Assembly (NCBI GenBank): GCA_025812035.1
Contig: GCA_025812035.1_4719.1
Strand: one strand, 5' to 3'
Source of the DNA: a phage
DNA length: 64,000 bases
Positions 28,075 to 38,900 of the stretch are shown here, piece after piece (the stretch's first letter is position 1; every line of letters starts with the position of its first letter). Below the pieces are notes generated by a model, which saw nothing but the letters and a program-made list of their open reading frames with translations, was not told the DNA's origin and made no database searches. The position numbers and the translations under genes are program-made.

Positions 28075-28965
28075 ATGCGTCCTGATAATACCCTACTCGG
28101 TGAACAGGGTGTTGGTGCTCTTAGCAACGCGGCTATGGTCGATATTCGTGCGGGTGCCCAAAACGGGTACATCAGCAATATCGGTACGTACGTTGCTAAC
28201 GCCAACTACATTCCGAACCAAATGTTCTGTCTCCTGCTGGAGGCACCACGTGGTTTCAACTATCTACCTAACCCGGATGTACAGATTGGTTATCTGAAGG
28301 CGTTGGTAGAAGAGGTTGCGCATTCGATTACCGGTCTGCAACGCGGATTGGAAGTTGAATTCGTTAGCGTCCCGGTTTCTGGTTCCGGTGAAATCCAGGA
28401 AGAAGTCTCTGACGTTAAACGTCCTCGCTCTAACCCGACTTTCGGGATCTATGAGAAAGAAGGTCGTTCCGTTAGCTACTTCCTGGAACAATGGATCACG
28501 TATCTGTTGATGGACCCGGATGCTAAATATCCGATGCTGTCGTCTATCGTATCCACCGGTGGTCCGACCGACCTGCTGGCGGATTATCGTAGCGCAACAA
28601 TGCTGTTCGTTGAACCAGACCGTCAACACAAGAAAGTGGTTAACGCCTGGTTGTGTACGAACATGATGCCTCACGGTACCGGCGACTGGACATCACGTCG
28701 TAACAAGAACGATGCACCAAACGTGGTAGAATTGAGCATTCAGTTCACTGCGCTAACACAGACCAACTACGGCGTGCGTGCTTTTGCGCAGCGTCTGTTG
28801 GACAAGATGAATCTGCTTAAAGTAAACCCGGATTTCCGTCCGGCTTATCTGAGCGACATCGATCCCGCTGTGGCAGCGCAGAAGGTTGGCTACACCTTCG
28901 ACTTTGATAACAGCGATACCTTCGAGGTACCGAACGCTTATCAAAACGTAACACCTCGCGTGTAA
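28075..28965 (+). CDS. putative tail tube protein
   Basis: 296 aa, GAGAGGAG RBS, immediately downstream of sheath candidate; function by context only. Confidence 0.35.
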   Translation: MRPDNTLLGEQGVGALSNAAMVDIRAGAQNGYISNIGTYVANANYIPNQMFCLLLEAPRGFNYLPNPDVQIGYLKALVEEVAHSITGLQRGLEVEFVSVPVSGSGEIQEEVSDVKRPRSNPTFGIYEKEGRSVSYFLEQWITYLLMDPDAKYPMLSSIVSTGGPTDLLADYRSATMLFVEPDRQHKKVVNAWLCTNMMPHGTGDWTSRRNKNDAPNVVELSIQFTALTQTNYGVRAFAQRLLDKMNLLKVNPDFRPAYLSDIDPAVAAQKVGYTFDFDNSDTFEVPNAYQNVTPRV

Positions 28966-28988
28966 CGTAAAAAAAAAAGCATAGTAAC

Positions 28989-29041
28989 TCCCTCCTTCCC
29001 TAGCCATCAAGGCCGGGGAAGGAGGGTTTATAGTTTATTTA
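28989..29041 (+). terminator. strong rho-independent terminator after tube-candidate gene
   Basis: Stem CCCTCCTTCCC/GGGAAGGAGGG, then TTTATAGTTTATTTA; preceded by A10 run 28969-28978. Confidence 0.6.
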
Positions 29042-29578
29042 CTGTTTGTTCTTAGCTTCACGGATGAAAATGACGTCGGGATATTCTTGGGATTCAATGA
29101 ATTCAGGATTACGATAACGACGAATATGACGCATCGTCGTACATGCAAGTTTATAAAGATGTTCCTCCTCACGTTGTGTTAGTAACATCAATTGTGTATC
29201 TGGAATCACGAACGGGAGTCTTTCATTCACGTATTCTTGAAGGTTGTCGAGATCATCGTGATGAATACCCTCTGAGAGCTTATATAACGCTTCCAGCAAT
29301 TCTAATCCACCGAATTGATAACTTCCTATTGTTGTCTTAAACAATGCGCCAGAACGCGTGGTGGATGCTCTATCGGCAACATCGTATTGTTCCAACATAT
29401 ATCCGTAGACCATGCTGCGTCTATCCAACGTTTCCGTAACGAGATTACGCCACCGTTCCAGTCTTTTGAGCGCCTTGTCGATAGAGTAAACGATCATGTC
29501 ATACTCATCCAACTCTTCCGCGATACCCAATAGCTCGGTGTTGTTAGGTTTTGCTGCGCCGATAAGAAAAACACTCAT
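29039..29578 (-). CDS. hypothetical protein
   Basis: 179 aa, AAGGAG RBS, TAATG overlap with upstream gene. Confidence 0.5.
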   Translation of the reverse strand: MSVFLIGAAKPNNTELLGIAEELDEYDMIVYSIDKALKRLERWRNLVTETLDRRSMVYGYMLEQYDVADRASTTRSGALFKTTIGSYQFGGLELLEALYKLSEGIHHDDLDNLQEYVNERLPFVIPDTQLMLLTQREEEHLYKLACTTMRHIRRYRNPEFIESQEYPDVIFIREAKNKQ

Positions 29579-29991
29579 TACTCAAACTCCTTATTCCAAA
29601 ACTCGATTAACGAATCGAGCTGTTCCTTACTGGTTATCTCACCTCCTCTAACAAAATGAAATCGTTCTTGAATCGCGATCTTTTCGAGGATATCGGTAAG
29701 CAAATGACGGTGACAGAAATTTCCTGCAGGACAATAACACCCTAACACCACAACCGGATGAGAGAATAAAGCCAGCCATTCCGGTGTGTGATCAACAAAG
29801 CTTTTACGCATAAGCGCGTAATAGCCTGTGGTATATTCATCCTCGGTTAACGTTTTTGATTTGATTCCTGTAACAAGTTCCCATGATGGTGCGAAGAGCG
29901 GGTTACCTGTTTTCACCGTCGTGTCCAGTAGGAACGCTCGTGTGCCTGAAAGCCAACGATGTTTGGCTAATTGAAGGGTGTATAAAAACAC
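29578..29991 (-). CDS. hypothetical protein
   Basis: 137 aa; GTG start, weak RBS. Confidence 0.4.
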   Translation of the reverse strand: MFLYTLQLAKHRWLSGTRAFLLDTTVKTGNPLFAPSWELVTGIKSKTLTEDEYTTGYYALMRKSFVDHTPEWLALFSHPVVVLGCYCPAGNFCHRHLLTDILEKIAIQERFHFVRGGEITSKEQLDSLIEFWNKEFE

Positions 29992-30095
29992 AGCGCTAAC
30001 CCCAAAGGATAAAAATAAAACCTTGACATAACCACCACCGCAACCCCGTTACAGGGCTACGGTGGGGTCATACAGAGAGACGTGTTAGGTTATAA

Positions 30096-30575
30096 TCAGT
30101 CTTTCAGCAGCTCAGCTGCATACGCACTGATATTGTCGCGGATATGCTTAACCTGAGTTGTTGGGAAAGATTTCTTATACGCGGTGGTCAGACGTCCGTA
30201 AACCTGTTTCTTCTCGTTAGAGCCGAAACCAACTTCAGCGCTACGTTGAATTGTTGCAGACACAACGTCTTTACCCAGCGGCAGTGTAACAGAAACAACG
30301 TCAACCTGCTTGTTATCCGCCATGAACTGCGCACCAACGCGACCAACTGCCAGGCCGTGAGCCAGACCGATATCAGTGGTCAGCTTCTGCGCTTTTTCCA
30401 GGATTTCTTTTTCTTCCGGTGTTACCAGAGTACCCAGGAAATCACTGCCTAACTTCTGGCTACCGGATTCGTCCAGTTTGATACCAGCTGCGATTTTATC
30501 AGAAAGCGCCTGAACTTCCGGACGTACGTTAGAAGTGGTTTCAGTTGCTACGGTGGTTTCTACAGCTTCAGACAT
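30096..30575 (-). CDS. acidic hypothetical protein (likely early, abundant)
   Basis: 159 aa, TGGAGT RBS, preferred-codon bias; early-promoter-like motif copy B ~120 nt upstream. Confidence 0.55.
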   Translation of the reverse strand: MSEAVETTVATETTSNVRPEVQALSDKIAAGIKLDESGSQKLGSDFLGTLVTPEEKEILEKAQKLTTDIGLAHGLAVGRVGAQFMADNKQVDVVSVTLPLGKDVVSATIQRSAEVGFGSNEKKQVYGRLTTAYKKSFPTTQVKHIRDNISAYAAELLKD

Positions 30576-30694
30576 GTTAATACTCCAATTAGTTTTTTCG
30601 ATCGATCAAAAGGATAAAATCAGAAGATTCTTTCTTCATAGGGAAAACACAAGTCGGTTAAGGTTTACTTCTCAAACTCCTTGCGTTCTATCAG

Positions 30695-30730
30695 TTAGGT
30701 AATATAGACCTCAACTTTTTTCCAATAATG
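30695..30730 (-). promoter_or_regulatory. early-promoter-like motif, copy B
   Basis: TTAGGTAATATAGACCTCAACTTTTTTCCAATAATGC; lies between two minus genes, which fixes the functional strand as minus. Confidence 0.4.
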
Positions 30731-31508
30731 CCGCAACGTTCCGCGCGAAGCGAATAACTTTGTAATTGCGGGTCTGTTTGACATCTTCTCCATCGCTGTC
30801 ATCTTCGGACGGATCATCCCACATGAAGTCTTGTTCGTCCGCTTTCTGTAAGTAGCGGTATAACTGCACCATGCTGCGTGCGGTTGGAGAGATAGCGCGA
30901 AGTTCGTCTAAATCTTCATCGGTAAGCAGAACGCACGGTGAACGCAGTGGTTCCATTGCCGTATTACACAGTAGACGAATAAGCAGATCGACACACGGAA
31001 TAACGGAACTTGGTGAGGCGATTTCTGGGTGTAGTGTATAACCCCAATACACGCTGTTAAAATAAGTCAATACCGCAGGTAATGAAGGATGCTCCATCAC
31101 ACGACCAATTTGCTGTCTTACAATAGATGCACGATCGTTCAGTACATCGAGAGTAATTTGTTGCGGTTCCATAACAGCGAGTGACATACCGTACGCATCG
31201 GCTACGCCAAGGATTTCATGAAGAGCCGAACGCTCTTCTTCTGCGGATGTTGTCCCGATCGCTTTACGTCCAGCAAGTTCGATTAGCATCGGTGAAACAG
31301 TTTCTTTAACCTCGTTTAAAGAAGCCTGGTAAGCATGTTTGTGAAGGTACAGTGTCCACGCTAATGCGCGCACAGCTGCATGAAGCAGATCGACATAAGA
31401 CTGTTCTTGATAGCATGGCCCGTACACGCTCACCGCAAGCTTGGTGGCTTTCTCGGAAGCTTGCATAATAGCATCAGGTGATTTAGGCATATCGCGTTCT
31501 TCTTGCAT
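30711..31508 (-). CDS. hypothetical protein
   Basis: 265 aa; terminator/TATGCCGT module upstream. Confidence 0.55.
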   Translation of the reverse strand: MQEERDMPKSPDAIMQASEKATKLAVSVYGPCYQEQSYVDLLHAAVRALAWTLYLHKHAYQASLNEVKETVSPMLIELAGRKAIGTTSAEEERSALHEILGVADAYGMSLAVMEPQQITLDVLNDRASIVRQQIGRVMEHPSLPAVLTYFNSVYWGYTLHPEIASPSSVIPCVDLLIRLLCNTAMEPLRSPCVLLTDEDLDELRAISPTARSMVQLYRYLQKADEQDFMWDDPSEDDSDGEDVKQTRNYKVIRFARNVAALLEKS

Positions 31509-31596
31509 CTTTTAAATTCCTACTTAACAATAAAGTTTATATACGGCGTATGTATCCGTAGAATAATGAGTTCCGGTAAGATCTTACATCAAAATG

Positions 31597-31638
31597 ACGG
31601 CATAAAAAGTACCTCCTTACCCACATGGGTAAGGAGGT
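31597..31638 (-). terminator. hairpin plus U-tract with TATGCCGT module
   Basis: 12-bp stem ACCTCCTTACCC/GGGTAAGGAGGT; minus-sense followed by CTTTTTATGCCGT. Confidence 0.55.
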
Positions 31639-31789
31639 TCGTCCATCACGACGGAAGGACGTTATGTGACGCGGTGTCCATAACGGCCCTGGTAGCAGGC
31701 ATTAAAAAGATAACAAAAGGATGTAAGTTGAGCTAAACCACCTAAATACGGTAACGATTACTTCCGTACACAATATAACGTAACATCTT

Positions 31790-32599
31790 TTACCACTGAT
31801 TAAAGCTGCCCGCTTTAACGATGTCACAACGCAGATGGTTACATAACTGATCCAGGAAGACAACCGGACTGTCACCGGACAACATGGCCAGTGCGTGCTG
31901 ACCACCAGAACGAACAACGAGATCATCAACCATTGGCGCAGTAATCGGGAGATCGTACGCGTCCATGATTGCTTTGGCTTCCTGTTCTACGTCTTTCTGA
32001 AACCCTTCCATCGTCGGAGAGTCATATTTGGTTGCAAACTCGATCCCAGGCAAGTTAACGTAATCGTAAGTCATCACGCGGGTCATAACGCGACGGCGCT
32101 CACGTTGCCAGATTTGGGGATCGGTTAACGCACGAACTGAAAAACACACGTTCACTAGCGGTGTTTCAAAATCCTTACGTAACGCATCACCGTACGGACC
32201 ACAAGGAATAACGTCCCCCATCACCATCACGACAGGACGACCACGACGATCACGTCCAGCTTCTTCCAACCAAATCTTAGAAAAGCAATGACTCACTTTG
32301 GTTTCTTCGATTCGTAATGCGCGCTGTAAAAAGCTGGTGGCATCCTGACCGATCTCTGGTTTAGGGTGACCGTATTCACCTTTCAGCGAACGATTGCGTG
32401 CGTTTGTTTGCAGTAAGCTGTTTTCCAGGAACAACGGTTTCGAACGCTCAAGTTCGTAATATTCTTCGGTATTGTTAAAACAGTTAAACCCACCGATAAC
32501 ACAGGTGTAGGCACCGTCAGCGTTAGGACGGATAATACCTTTTTTATTCACACCAAGATAACTGGTGCAAACAAGATTACTAATTGGTGGTTGCATCAT
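31790..32599 (-). CDS. hypothetical protein
   Basis: 269 aa; CCTTCTTGACGTA element ~48 nt upstream. Confidence 0.5.
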   Translation of the reverse strand: MMQPPISNLVCTSYLGVNKKGIIRPNADGAYTCVIGGFNCFNNTEEYYELERSKPLFLENSLLQTNARNRSLKGEYGHPKPEIGQDATSFLQRALRIEETKVSHCFSKIWLEEAGRDRRGRPVVMVMGDVIPCGPYGDALRKDFETPLVNVCFSVRALTDPQIWQRERRRVMTRVMTYDYVNLPGIEFATKYDSPTMEGFQKDVEQEAKAIMDAYDLPITAPMVDDLVVRSGGQHALAMLSGDSPVVFLDQLCNHLRCDIVKAGSFNQW

Positions 32600-32676
32600 A
32601 ACCCCTTTATAAGCAACTGAATGAAAAACGTTACCTTCCCGCTTTTACGTCAAGAAGGCGACACGTAAGCGTTATA

Positions 32677-33408
32677 TCACCATTCATACGATCCGGCGCA
32701 CTGATGTCCCAACAGCACCAATGCGTCGTCTTTGGCGGCCAGGTATTTTTCCAACGTTATCCGTGAAACAGACACATTGGAGAAATCCATCACACCTAAG
32801 CGATGATCGTAATGGTTAATTTGCATCCGGTAATAACCTTTCTTTACCACCAAAAACTCACCCTGACGCAACCATAACGGAACGTTGTCCACCTCCGCAT
32901 GGATATAAAACACCGGACATTCTGTCGTAACGGAGTTTTCCTTCCCATCACTATCCGTGATCTTCCCTTTGGGAACAGCCGCGATAAAACATTCTCCGAT
33001 ACGTTCGGTTTGATACCCGTTCGGATAGCATGGATCGTGAAATAGCCAATGCTCATCGCTGATATCAACATCGGATAACAGCGTACGATGTGGGCGTAAG
33101 GCGATGTCGAACGGAACACGATAGATAACGTATCCGCCTAACCAATGCGCTAAGTGGCCACCGGAATAGTACTGCTTGATTGCGGTACTGTAACCGTATA
33201 CACAACCCATCAAACTACTGGATACACAGATCCTTGGAAACGATCCATCCTCCATACGCAAGGTACGTTGAGGAATGCGCGGCATCATCGTTTTCAGTTC
33301 GGTATCGGTGCTAATATGCAATAAACCGAAAGGAAGCGTTTTACTCGGGACCCACGCGCAACGTTCCATAATCGCTCTTGGGACAATAGTCTCGATAGAC
33401 GATAACAT
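32677..33408 (-). CDS. hypothetical protein
   Basis: 243-aa ORF. Confidence 0.5.
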   Translation of the reverse strand: MLSSIETIVPRAIMERCAWVPSKTLPFGLLHISTDTELKTMMPRIPQRTLRMEDGSFPRICVSSSLMGCVYGYSTAIKQYYSGGHLAHWLGGYVIYRVPFDIALRPHRTLLSDVDISDEHWLFHDPCYPNGYQTERIGECFIAAVPKGKITDSDGKENSVTTECPVFYIHAEVDNVPLWLRQGEFLVVKKGYYRMQINHYDHRLGVMDFSNVSVSRITLEKYLAAKDDALVLLGHQCAGSYEW

Positions 33409-33409
33409 A

Positions 33410-34120
33410 TCACCCCCTCAGAATCGCTTCTGTTTCGCTGATCGTGTCCGCGGGATAAACCAAACTACTATCGATTGCATTGTTCACGTAACCACCCATC
33501 AGGTTGGTGATGGTGTTTGTGCCGCTATCGATAATGTTTCGTAATCCGATGTCGATGGCTTTTAACGTGCTGCGTTCTTCATCTGAAAGCAGACGCCACG
33601 CCCGACGGCGATCGTTGGGGTCACGCGTGGTGATAGAAGCCAGAACAGAATAGATACTGCTATCCGCATTCAATTTAACACCGGCCAATTTCGCCGATGT
33701 GTAGAGCAGCTGATATTTTTCTTTTTCAGTATACCACCATGGCACTTTACCGAGTGTATAGATCTCGTTATACATCAGCCATGGGAAAGAGTTTCGCATC
33801 ACGACATCGGTCGACACCAACACCGTGTCACCAGGAAGAAATACGAACTCGTAAAACGGCTGACCATCCATGGTAATTTCACGGATGTCAGACGGGTCGA
33901 TATGGAGCTGGGTCAATGCGTGGCTGACACCATACTGACCATCAGGAAGAATAATCGGGCAGCACGCACAAACCCGGTTCTCACTCCCAATGATAGATAA
34001 ACCCAATCCCTCGTAACGGACGGGCGTCAGAATCGAACACCCGCCACGAGTAACAACAGATTTATCTTCTTGTATGTCCCAGTCCGCAAGCACCGCAGCA
34101 CCGTTGCGGACAAGCGCCAT
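33410..34120 (-). CDS. hypothetical protein
   Basis: 236-aa ORF. Confidence 0.5.
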   Translation of the reverse strand: MALVRNGAAVLADWDIQEDKSVVTRGGCSILTPVRYEGLGLSIIGSENRVCACCPIILPDGQYGVSHALTQLHIDPSDIREITMDGQPFYEFVFLPGDTVLVSTDVVMRNSFPWLMYNEIYTLGKVPWWYTEKEKYQLLYTSAKLAGVKLNADSSIYSVLASITTRDPNDRRRAWRLLSDEERSTLKAIDIGLRNIIDSGTNTITNLMGGYVNNAIDSSLVYPADTISETEAILRG

Positions 34121-35644
34121 TTACACCTCGCTAATCTGGATAACGTAAAGCTGCTGGGCCACGTAATCGGTGGTCAGATGCATTGTTGCGATGGTTGCTG
34201 CTTCGAATACCGTAAGTTCAGGACGTTCACGCATAATCAAATCGATTTCATCGATGAGACGGTTAACACCTTGAGCGTCTTCATGATGCATCGTTTTCAC
34301 GTAGAGCGTACGGAAATACTGCTGGAAATTAGCTACGTCGGTATCGGTAAGGTTAGCAACTTCACCACGCACAATTTCCATGACCTTCTTACGGGCATCT
34401 TCGTCGAGGTCGACCGTAATCAGATCAGCGAACACACCCTGCAATGCCAGCGCGTATGCACGTAAGCGGTTTGCGGCCTGCTGACTGGCTTTCATGTTGA
34501 TGTAGTTACGGTAATGCTGCATGAAGCCTGCACCGTTAGCCAGCAGTTCATCTTTACTGATGAGTTCACGCTCTAACAGAACGGCTGCGGTTAATGCTTC
34601 CGGTGAACCACCTTCTTGCAGATAACCCATGTAAACATCCGCGTTAACGAAAATCGTCATCGTTGACGCATCTTCAGCACGTTGAATCTGAGAAGCTGAC
34701 GGCGCAGAAAGAATCAGCTCGCCACGCTCCATACGCAAGATACGATCACGACCGACGCGCGCCATCCCGTTGATCGCCGCAGCGCGAGCTTGTTGCATTT
34801 TAGCGCGGTAGTTTTCAAGCATCATGTCGTTGCCGTCCTGGATATCTTCCAGCAGGTTAACGGCCCACATATAGCAGAGGAATGCAGGAGTTGCCGCAGC
34901 GCGCGAACCATGGAATGCAACGTTATCGCTATCTGGGTACGTAATCAGATAAGCGGTGATGTTCGAAGAAGGGGCGGAACCACGGAAGAAAAGGTTGTAA
35001 ATGTCTTCCAGTGCCTGATCGCTCATCCCTTCCGTTGCTTGCTGTACAAAACGATCCAGGTTTTCATTACCGGTATACAGCAACGTACGCAGCTTGTCAC
35101 CAGTGATAAATGCAAGCTTTTCGGTTGGGGTGAAATCGTTATTAATCGAAATCAAGCCATTGAGATCATAATCGCTAACTAATGCCTGATATTCTTCGGA
35201 GTTATAAAACTCAGGATAGTAACTCAGGCTTACCGTCGGGATCAGTTTCGGTGCCAGGATGATCGAATCGATACGTTTTTCCAGTTCCGGGTACAGCGCA
35301 CGGCATTTCGGCAGGATGGTATTACGCGCCAACTCTTTGGCATACACCACTTTTTCCACCACGTCTTGAACTGCGGTCTGTAAAACTTCATCGTGGATAT
35401 AAACCTCGCGTTCGCTGGCAGGTGCTACAGCGCCATCTTCGGTTTCATCAAGTGTTTCAGCAACAACCATACGTTCAGCACTGAGCTGCACCAACGCATC
35501 AGCGTCTTCTGGTGGTTGGTTCCAATGCATGGTTTCACAAACTGCGGCTAACGGAGTGCCTGGAATCGCAGCAACGATTTGATTACGTTTGATAAACCCT
35601 TCAACAATAGGCTCAACGGCATAAACAGTTTTATTGGTGATCAT
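34121..35644 (-). CDS. hypothetical protein
   Basis: 507-aa ORF; TAATG coupling with upstream gene. Confidence 0.55.
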   Translation of the reverse strand: MITNKTVYAVEPIVEGFIKRNQIVAAIPGTPLAAVCETMHWNQPPEDADALVQLSAERMVVAETLDETEDGAVAPASEREVYIHDEVLQTAVQDVVEKVVYAKELARNTILPKCRALYPELEKRIDSIILAPKLIPTVSLSYYPEFYNSEEYQALVSDYDLNGLISINNDFTPTEKLAFITGDKLRTLLYTGNENLDRFVQQATEGMSDQALEDIYNLFFRGSAPSSNITAYLITYPDSDNVAFHGSRAAATPAFLCYMWAVNLLEDIQDGNDMMLENYRAKMQQARAAAINGMARVGRDRILRMERGELILSAPSASQIQRAEDASTMTIFVNADVYMGYLQEGGSPEALTAAVLLERELISKDELLANGAGFMQHYRNYINMKASQQAANRLRAYALALQGVFADLITVDLDEDARKKVMEIVRGEVANLTDTDVANFQQYFRTLYVKTMHHEDAQGVNRLIDEIDLIMRERPELTVFEAATIATMHLTTDYVAQQLYVIQISEV

Positions 35645-35877
35645 TACTGCGCTCCCTCCAACGCATTACTACCTACGGGTTCTTTGGTTTCCAAACGGCT
35701 GTTTAAACGCGCAGCAACCGCATCTTCCAGCCCCAACGGCATAACCTTTTTGTTCACGTCAGGATCGGCAGCATCATTACCAACGGTTTGACGTACGACC
35801 TCAGCAACCAACGTTACCGCGTTCGTCAGCGCAACAAAGCTCGCTGCTCGAGCCGTGTTAAGTTGTTCTTGGTTCAT
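35644..35877 (-). CDS. small hypothetical protein
   Basis: 77 aa, AAAGGAAAAG RBS; palindromic element upstream. Confidence 0.4.
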   Translation of the reverse strand: MNQEQLNTARAASFVALTNAVTLVAEVVRQTVGNDAADPDVNKKVMPLGLEDAVAARLNSRLETKEPVGSNALEGAQ

Positions 35878-35908
35878 TCACTTTTCCTTTTAATGTCAGA
35901 GCATCGCA

Positions 35909-35928
35909 TTCTTGACATACGTCAAGAA
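35909..35928 (-). promoter_or_regulatory. palindrome TTCTTGAC-ATAC-GTCAAGAA
   Basis: 8-bp perfect arms; shares 13-mer TACGTCAAGAAGG with 32646-32658; both ~40-48 nt upstream of minus-gene starts. Confidence 0.3.
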
Positions 35929-35952
35929 GGTACTGCGTTCAGCGAAATAAAC

Positions 35953-35977
35953 GAGCAGGGGCATGAAGCCCCCTGCT
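35953..35977 (-). terminator. hairpin immediately after RNAP beta-like gene stop
   Basis: Stem AGCAGGGG/CCCCTGCT, then U-rich GTTTATTTCGCT in minus sense. Confidence 0.5.
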
Positions 35978-35978
35978 C

Positions 35979-38900
35979 TTATTTAGCGTCGTTAAAATAA
36001 ATATCAACAGCTCGTTCCGTTGCGTAGAGGAGACCAAGGTTCACAGTCCCAACCACTTCCGGCGAAGCGATGATACGGTTAGCGATACTGGTGCCACTGA
36101 AGATAGCATCAAGGGTGTGCCCGTCTTCGGTTTTGTTCACACCATGACCCACGGAAGAGACAACGGATTTCGCTTGTGCTGCGAAGGTACCCTTATCACC
36201 CATCCCCGCACCAAGGTCGTAACGCATGAAAATACGGATGGCGATCTGGTTCTCGCCTAACGGATTACCGTCTATTCTCACGTTACTGTTGTTGATACGC
36301 CCCGTCGTTGCTTCATTGAGTTTCAGTTCCTTGACGCGTTTAGCTCGCGCTTTATCCGCATCGCCGACGAGCGCCGCCATGGTTTCACTCATATCCTCAA
36401 TCTGAGCGCGGTACAGCACATCGATCTGTACAACTTCACCATGAACGTCAGCACGTGGGTTATACTGACTCATACGACGTAATGCTTCAACAGCTTCCTG
36501 ACTCTCATCACTCAGATCGGTTGCGATCGGTTCTTCCAGTGTTGCAAGAATCGTTCGAGGTTCAACATGATCGCCGATTTTTACGAGACCACGAATGTTG
36601 AGATGGGCGTCAACAATGAGCGTACGGCTCTTAATCGATGGTGTTACGAGACGATCGGCAAGATTGTCGAAGATATACGAACTGTCCTCGTGCGTCTCTG
36701 GAATATCCAGAATACCGACAAGAGACAGGACGCCTGCGCGCCAAACAACCTGACCTGGGTTCCACCAATCGCGTTTAAAATAAAGACGATGGAAAACCAC
36801 CACGTCCTGATCCTTAACGCGATCCCCAACTTTATAATCGGTAATGAGGTCGTGAGGATAATACTTACCTGGTCCTTTCCCGATTATCGTACCGAGTTGG
36901 AAAACCTCTTCTCCTAACTCTGGATCGTCGTATTGTACCGTAAGCGCAGTTTTGGTGACCTTCTTAACAACACCATCGCCTTGGGCAGCTGCGGCGAAGA
37001 GTTTACCGACACGATGCGCGATAACAGTCTCGCCACCCGTACGCCATGGTTGTACATCGTAACCTTCAGCAGCAATCATGCGGTTGTGTTGGATCCCGAC
37101 GAAGACCAGACGTTTTCCATCGTCACGGTCTACAGCCGGAACAGCTAACGCCGATGTACTCATTACCGATGAGATGCCGTCTGTCTTTTCATCGAATGGT
37201 CGTGTTTCACCATATACAGACACGATATTAGCATTAGGTGCCAGATAGGCAGAAATACCTACATCCCCGCTATCCTTCGTACCTTCTGATACAATACCGA
37301 CATCTGACTTATCGTATTCACGATCGCGTGCGCGGCGAAGCGATGTCTTTGAGCGACCCCCGATACCGGTCATCGTTGCTTCTTCACCCTGCTTGATATC
37401 CAGCATCGGGTTGGTTTCATCGATCACGATGGACGCGCTGTCGTCGAGAATTTGGTTCCAGACACTCACTGGACTGATTGAGATTTTCTGTCGGTTTCCT
37501 TGACTGCTGTTCTCGTTTTGACGAATAGCACCAACCAGGTCCTTATACACCAGCTCAGCGAACTTATCGTACGTTTTAAAACGTTGGTAGTTCACATCGT
37601 TCGTGTTAGGTGCCCAATCATCCAGAAGCAGTTCAACAGCACGCAGCAACAACATGGCGAAATCGGTAGGTTCTCCCATGTTCTGTAATAGCGTACGGCT
37701 TACCGGATCGACGAAAAGACGCTCCATGAGTTCAAGTTCGCGTAAATGGCGAACCTTAAGTCCAGCACCATCGACAACGTTAAAATAGATATCTCGATTG
37801 TCAAAAGCACCGCGAGCGTAACCGATGTAGTTACGGTATTCGTTAAACCCACCCATCAACAACGTCGTCATGCGATCGTCTTTACTGAAGATCAAACTTT
37901 CGTCGTCGAAGCTCACCGCGAACTCGTCTGATGCTAAACCCATACGAGAGCCACGAGGAACAGTACGATAATTCGCTTTAAGATGTTCTAATAACGGGGT
38001 AAGCCCACCCAGATAACTTAGAACAACGCCAACCGGAATACGTACGCCCATGAATTCAAGATCGGCAGCTTCGATTGGCATCTTAGCCGCATTGATGCCG
38101 AAGAAATCAGGGAACGTCCCTACAGGTGTTGGTGTTTGTCCTGACTGACAGATATAGAGCTGGTTGCGTTCATCGATCGCTAAGAATTCGCCCGACGTAT
38201 TACGCGCGAACGTCAGGAGTCCTTCGGCTAACTGTTCGTTGAACCGATCTTCCCCAATGAACTCCGGTAACGTTTTTATATCGAGACGTATATCCCAATC
38301 AGCGAATTGGATTTGGGTATAATTGCGCGCAAGCACGGCGAAGTAATACGGGACTTTGACAGCCGGATCAAAGACGTTACCACGTTTTAACGTTGTTAAG
38401 GGCGAGGACTTATCGTAATACATCGCCGTAAGTTGACGTGTTAGCCAACGACCAGCGTTATTAACGACGCGCTCTGAACGTTTAACGAACACCTTACCGT
38501 AGGCGGTACTCAACGCAACTTCGGATGACGATACCTTTCTAATAGGTTTATCAACGCGCTGTTTACGCATCCGGTACTTGATACCGTTAACAACATAAAT
38601 GCCATCCTTACGAACCTTCGGCAACATCACCGGGAACGTGGTTGGGACACCGCCTACAGGAGCCAGTTTAATCGTGATGACTTGATAATCCCCCATCACG
38701 TCAACAACATCTTCAACTTTATATCCCGTAACAGGGTAACCTGCTTGCTGTACCGCAACAACGGCAGCTGCGATGTCCTTTTGCATTACATGTTCAACGT
38801 AATGTTTATCCCACACCGCGAGCGTTGATTTACATAAGCTCTTATCAACGATAACATCCGCTTCCGGCATAACCTTTGCGGGAGCTAGTTTCGCGGCTTT

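Noticed and set aside
30023-30028. Perfect sigma70 -35 hexamer TTGACA in intergenic region
   Set aside because: No correctly spaced -10 hexamer and no plus-strand gene downstream; phiKZ-like phages are thought to transcribe independently of host RNAP, so treated as chance.
31503-31736. 77-aa plus-strand ORF within intergenic region 31509-31789
   Set aside because: Overlaps the minus-strand terminator hairpin and TATGCCGT module; no RBS noted; more likely non-coding.
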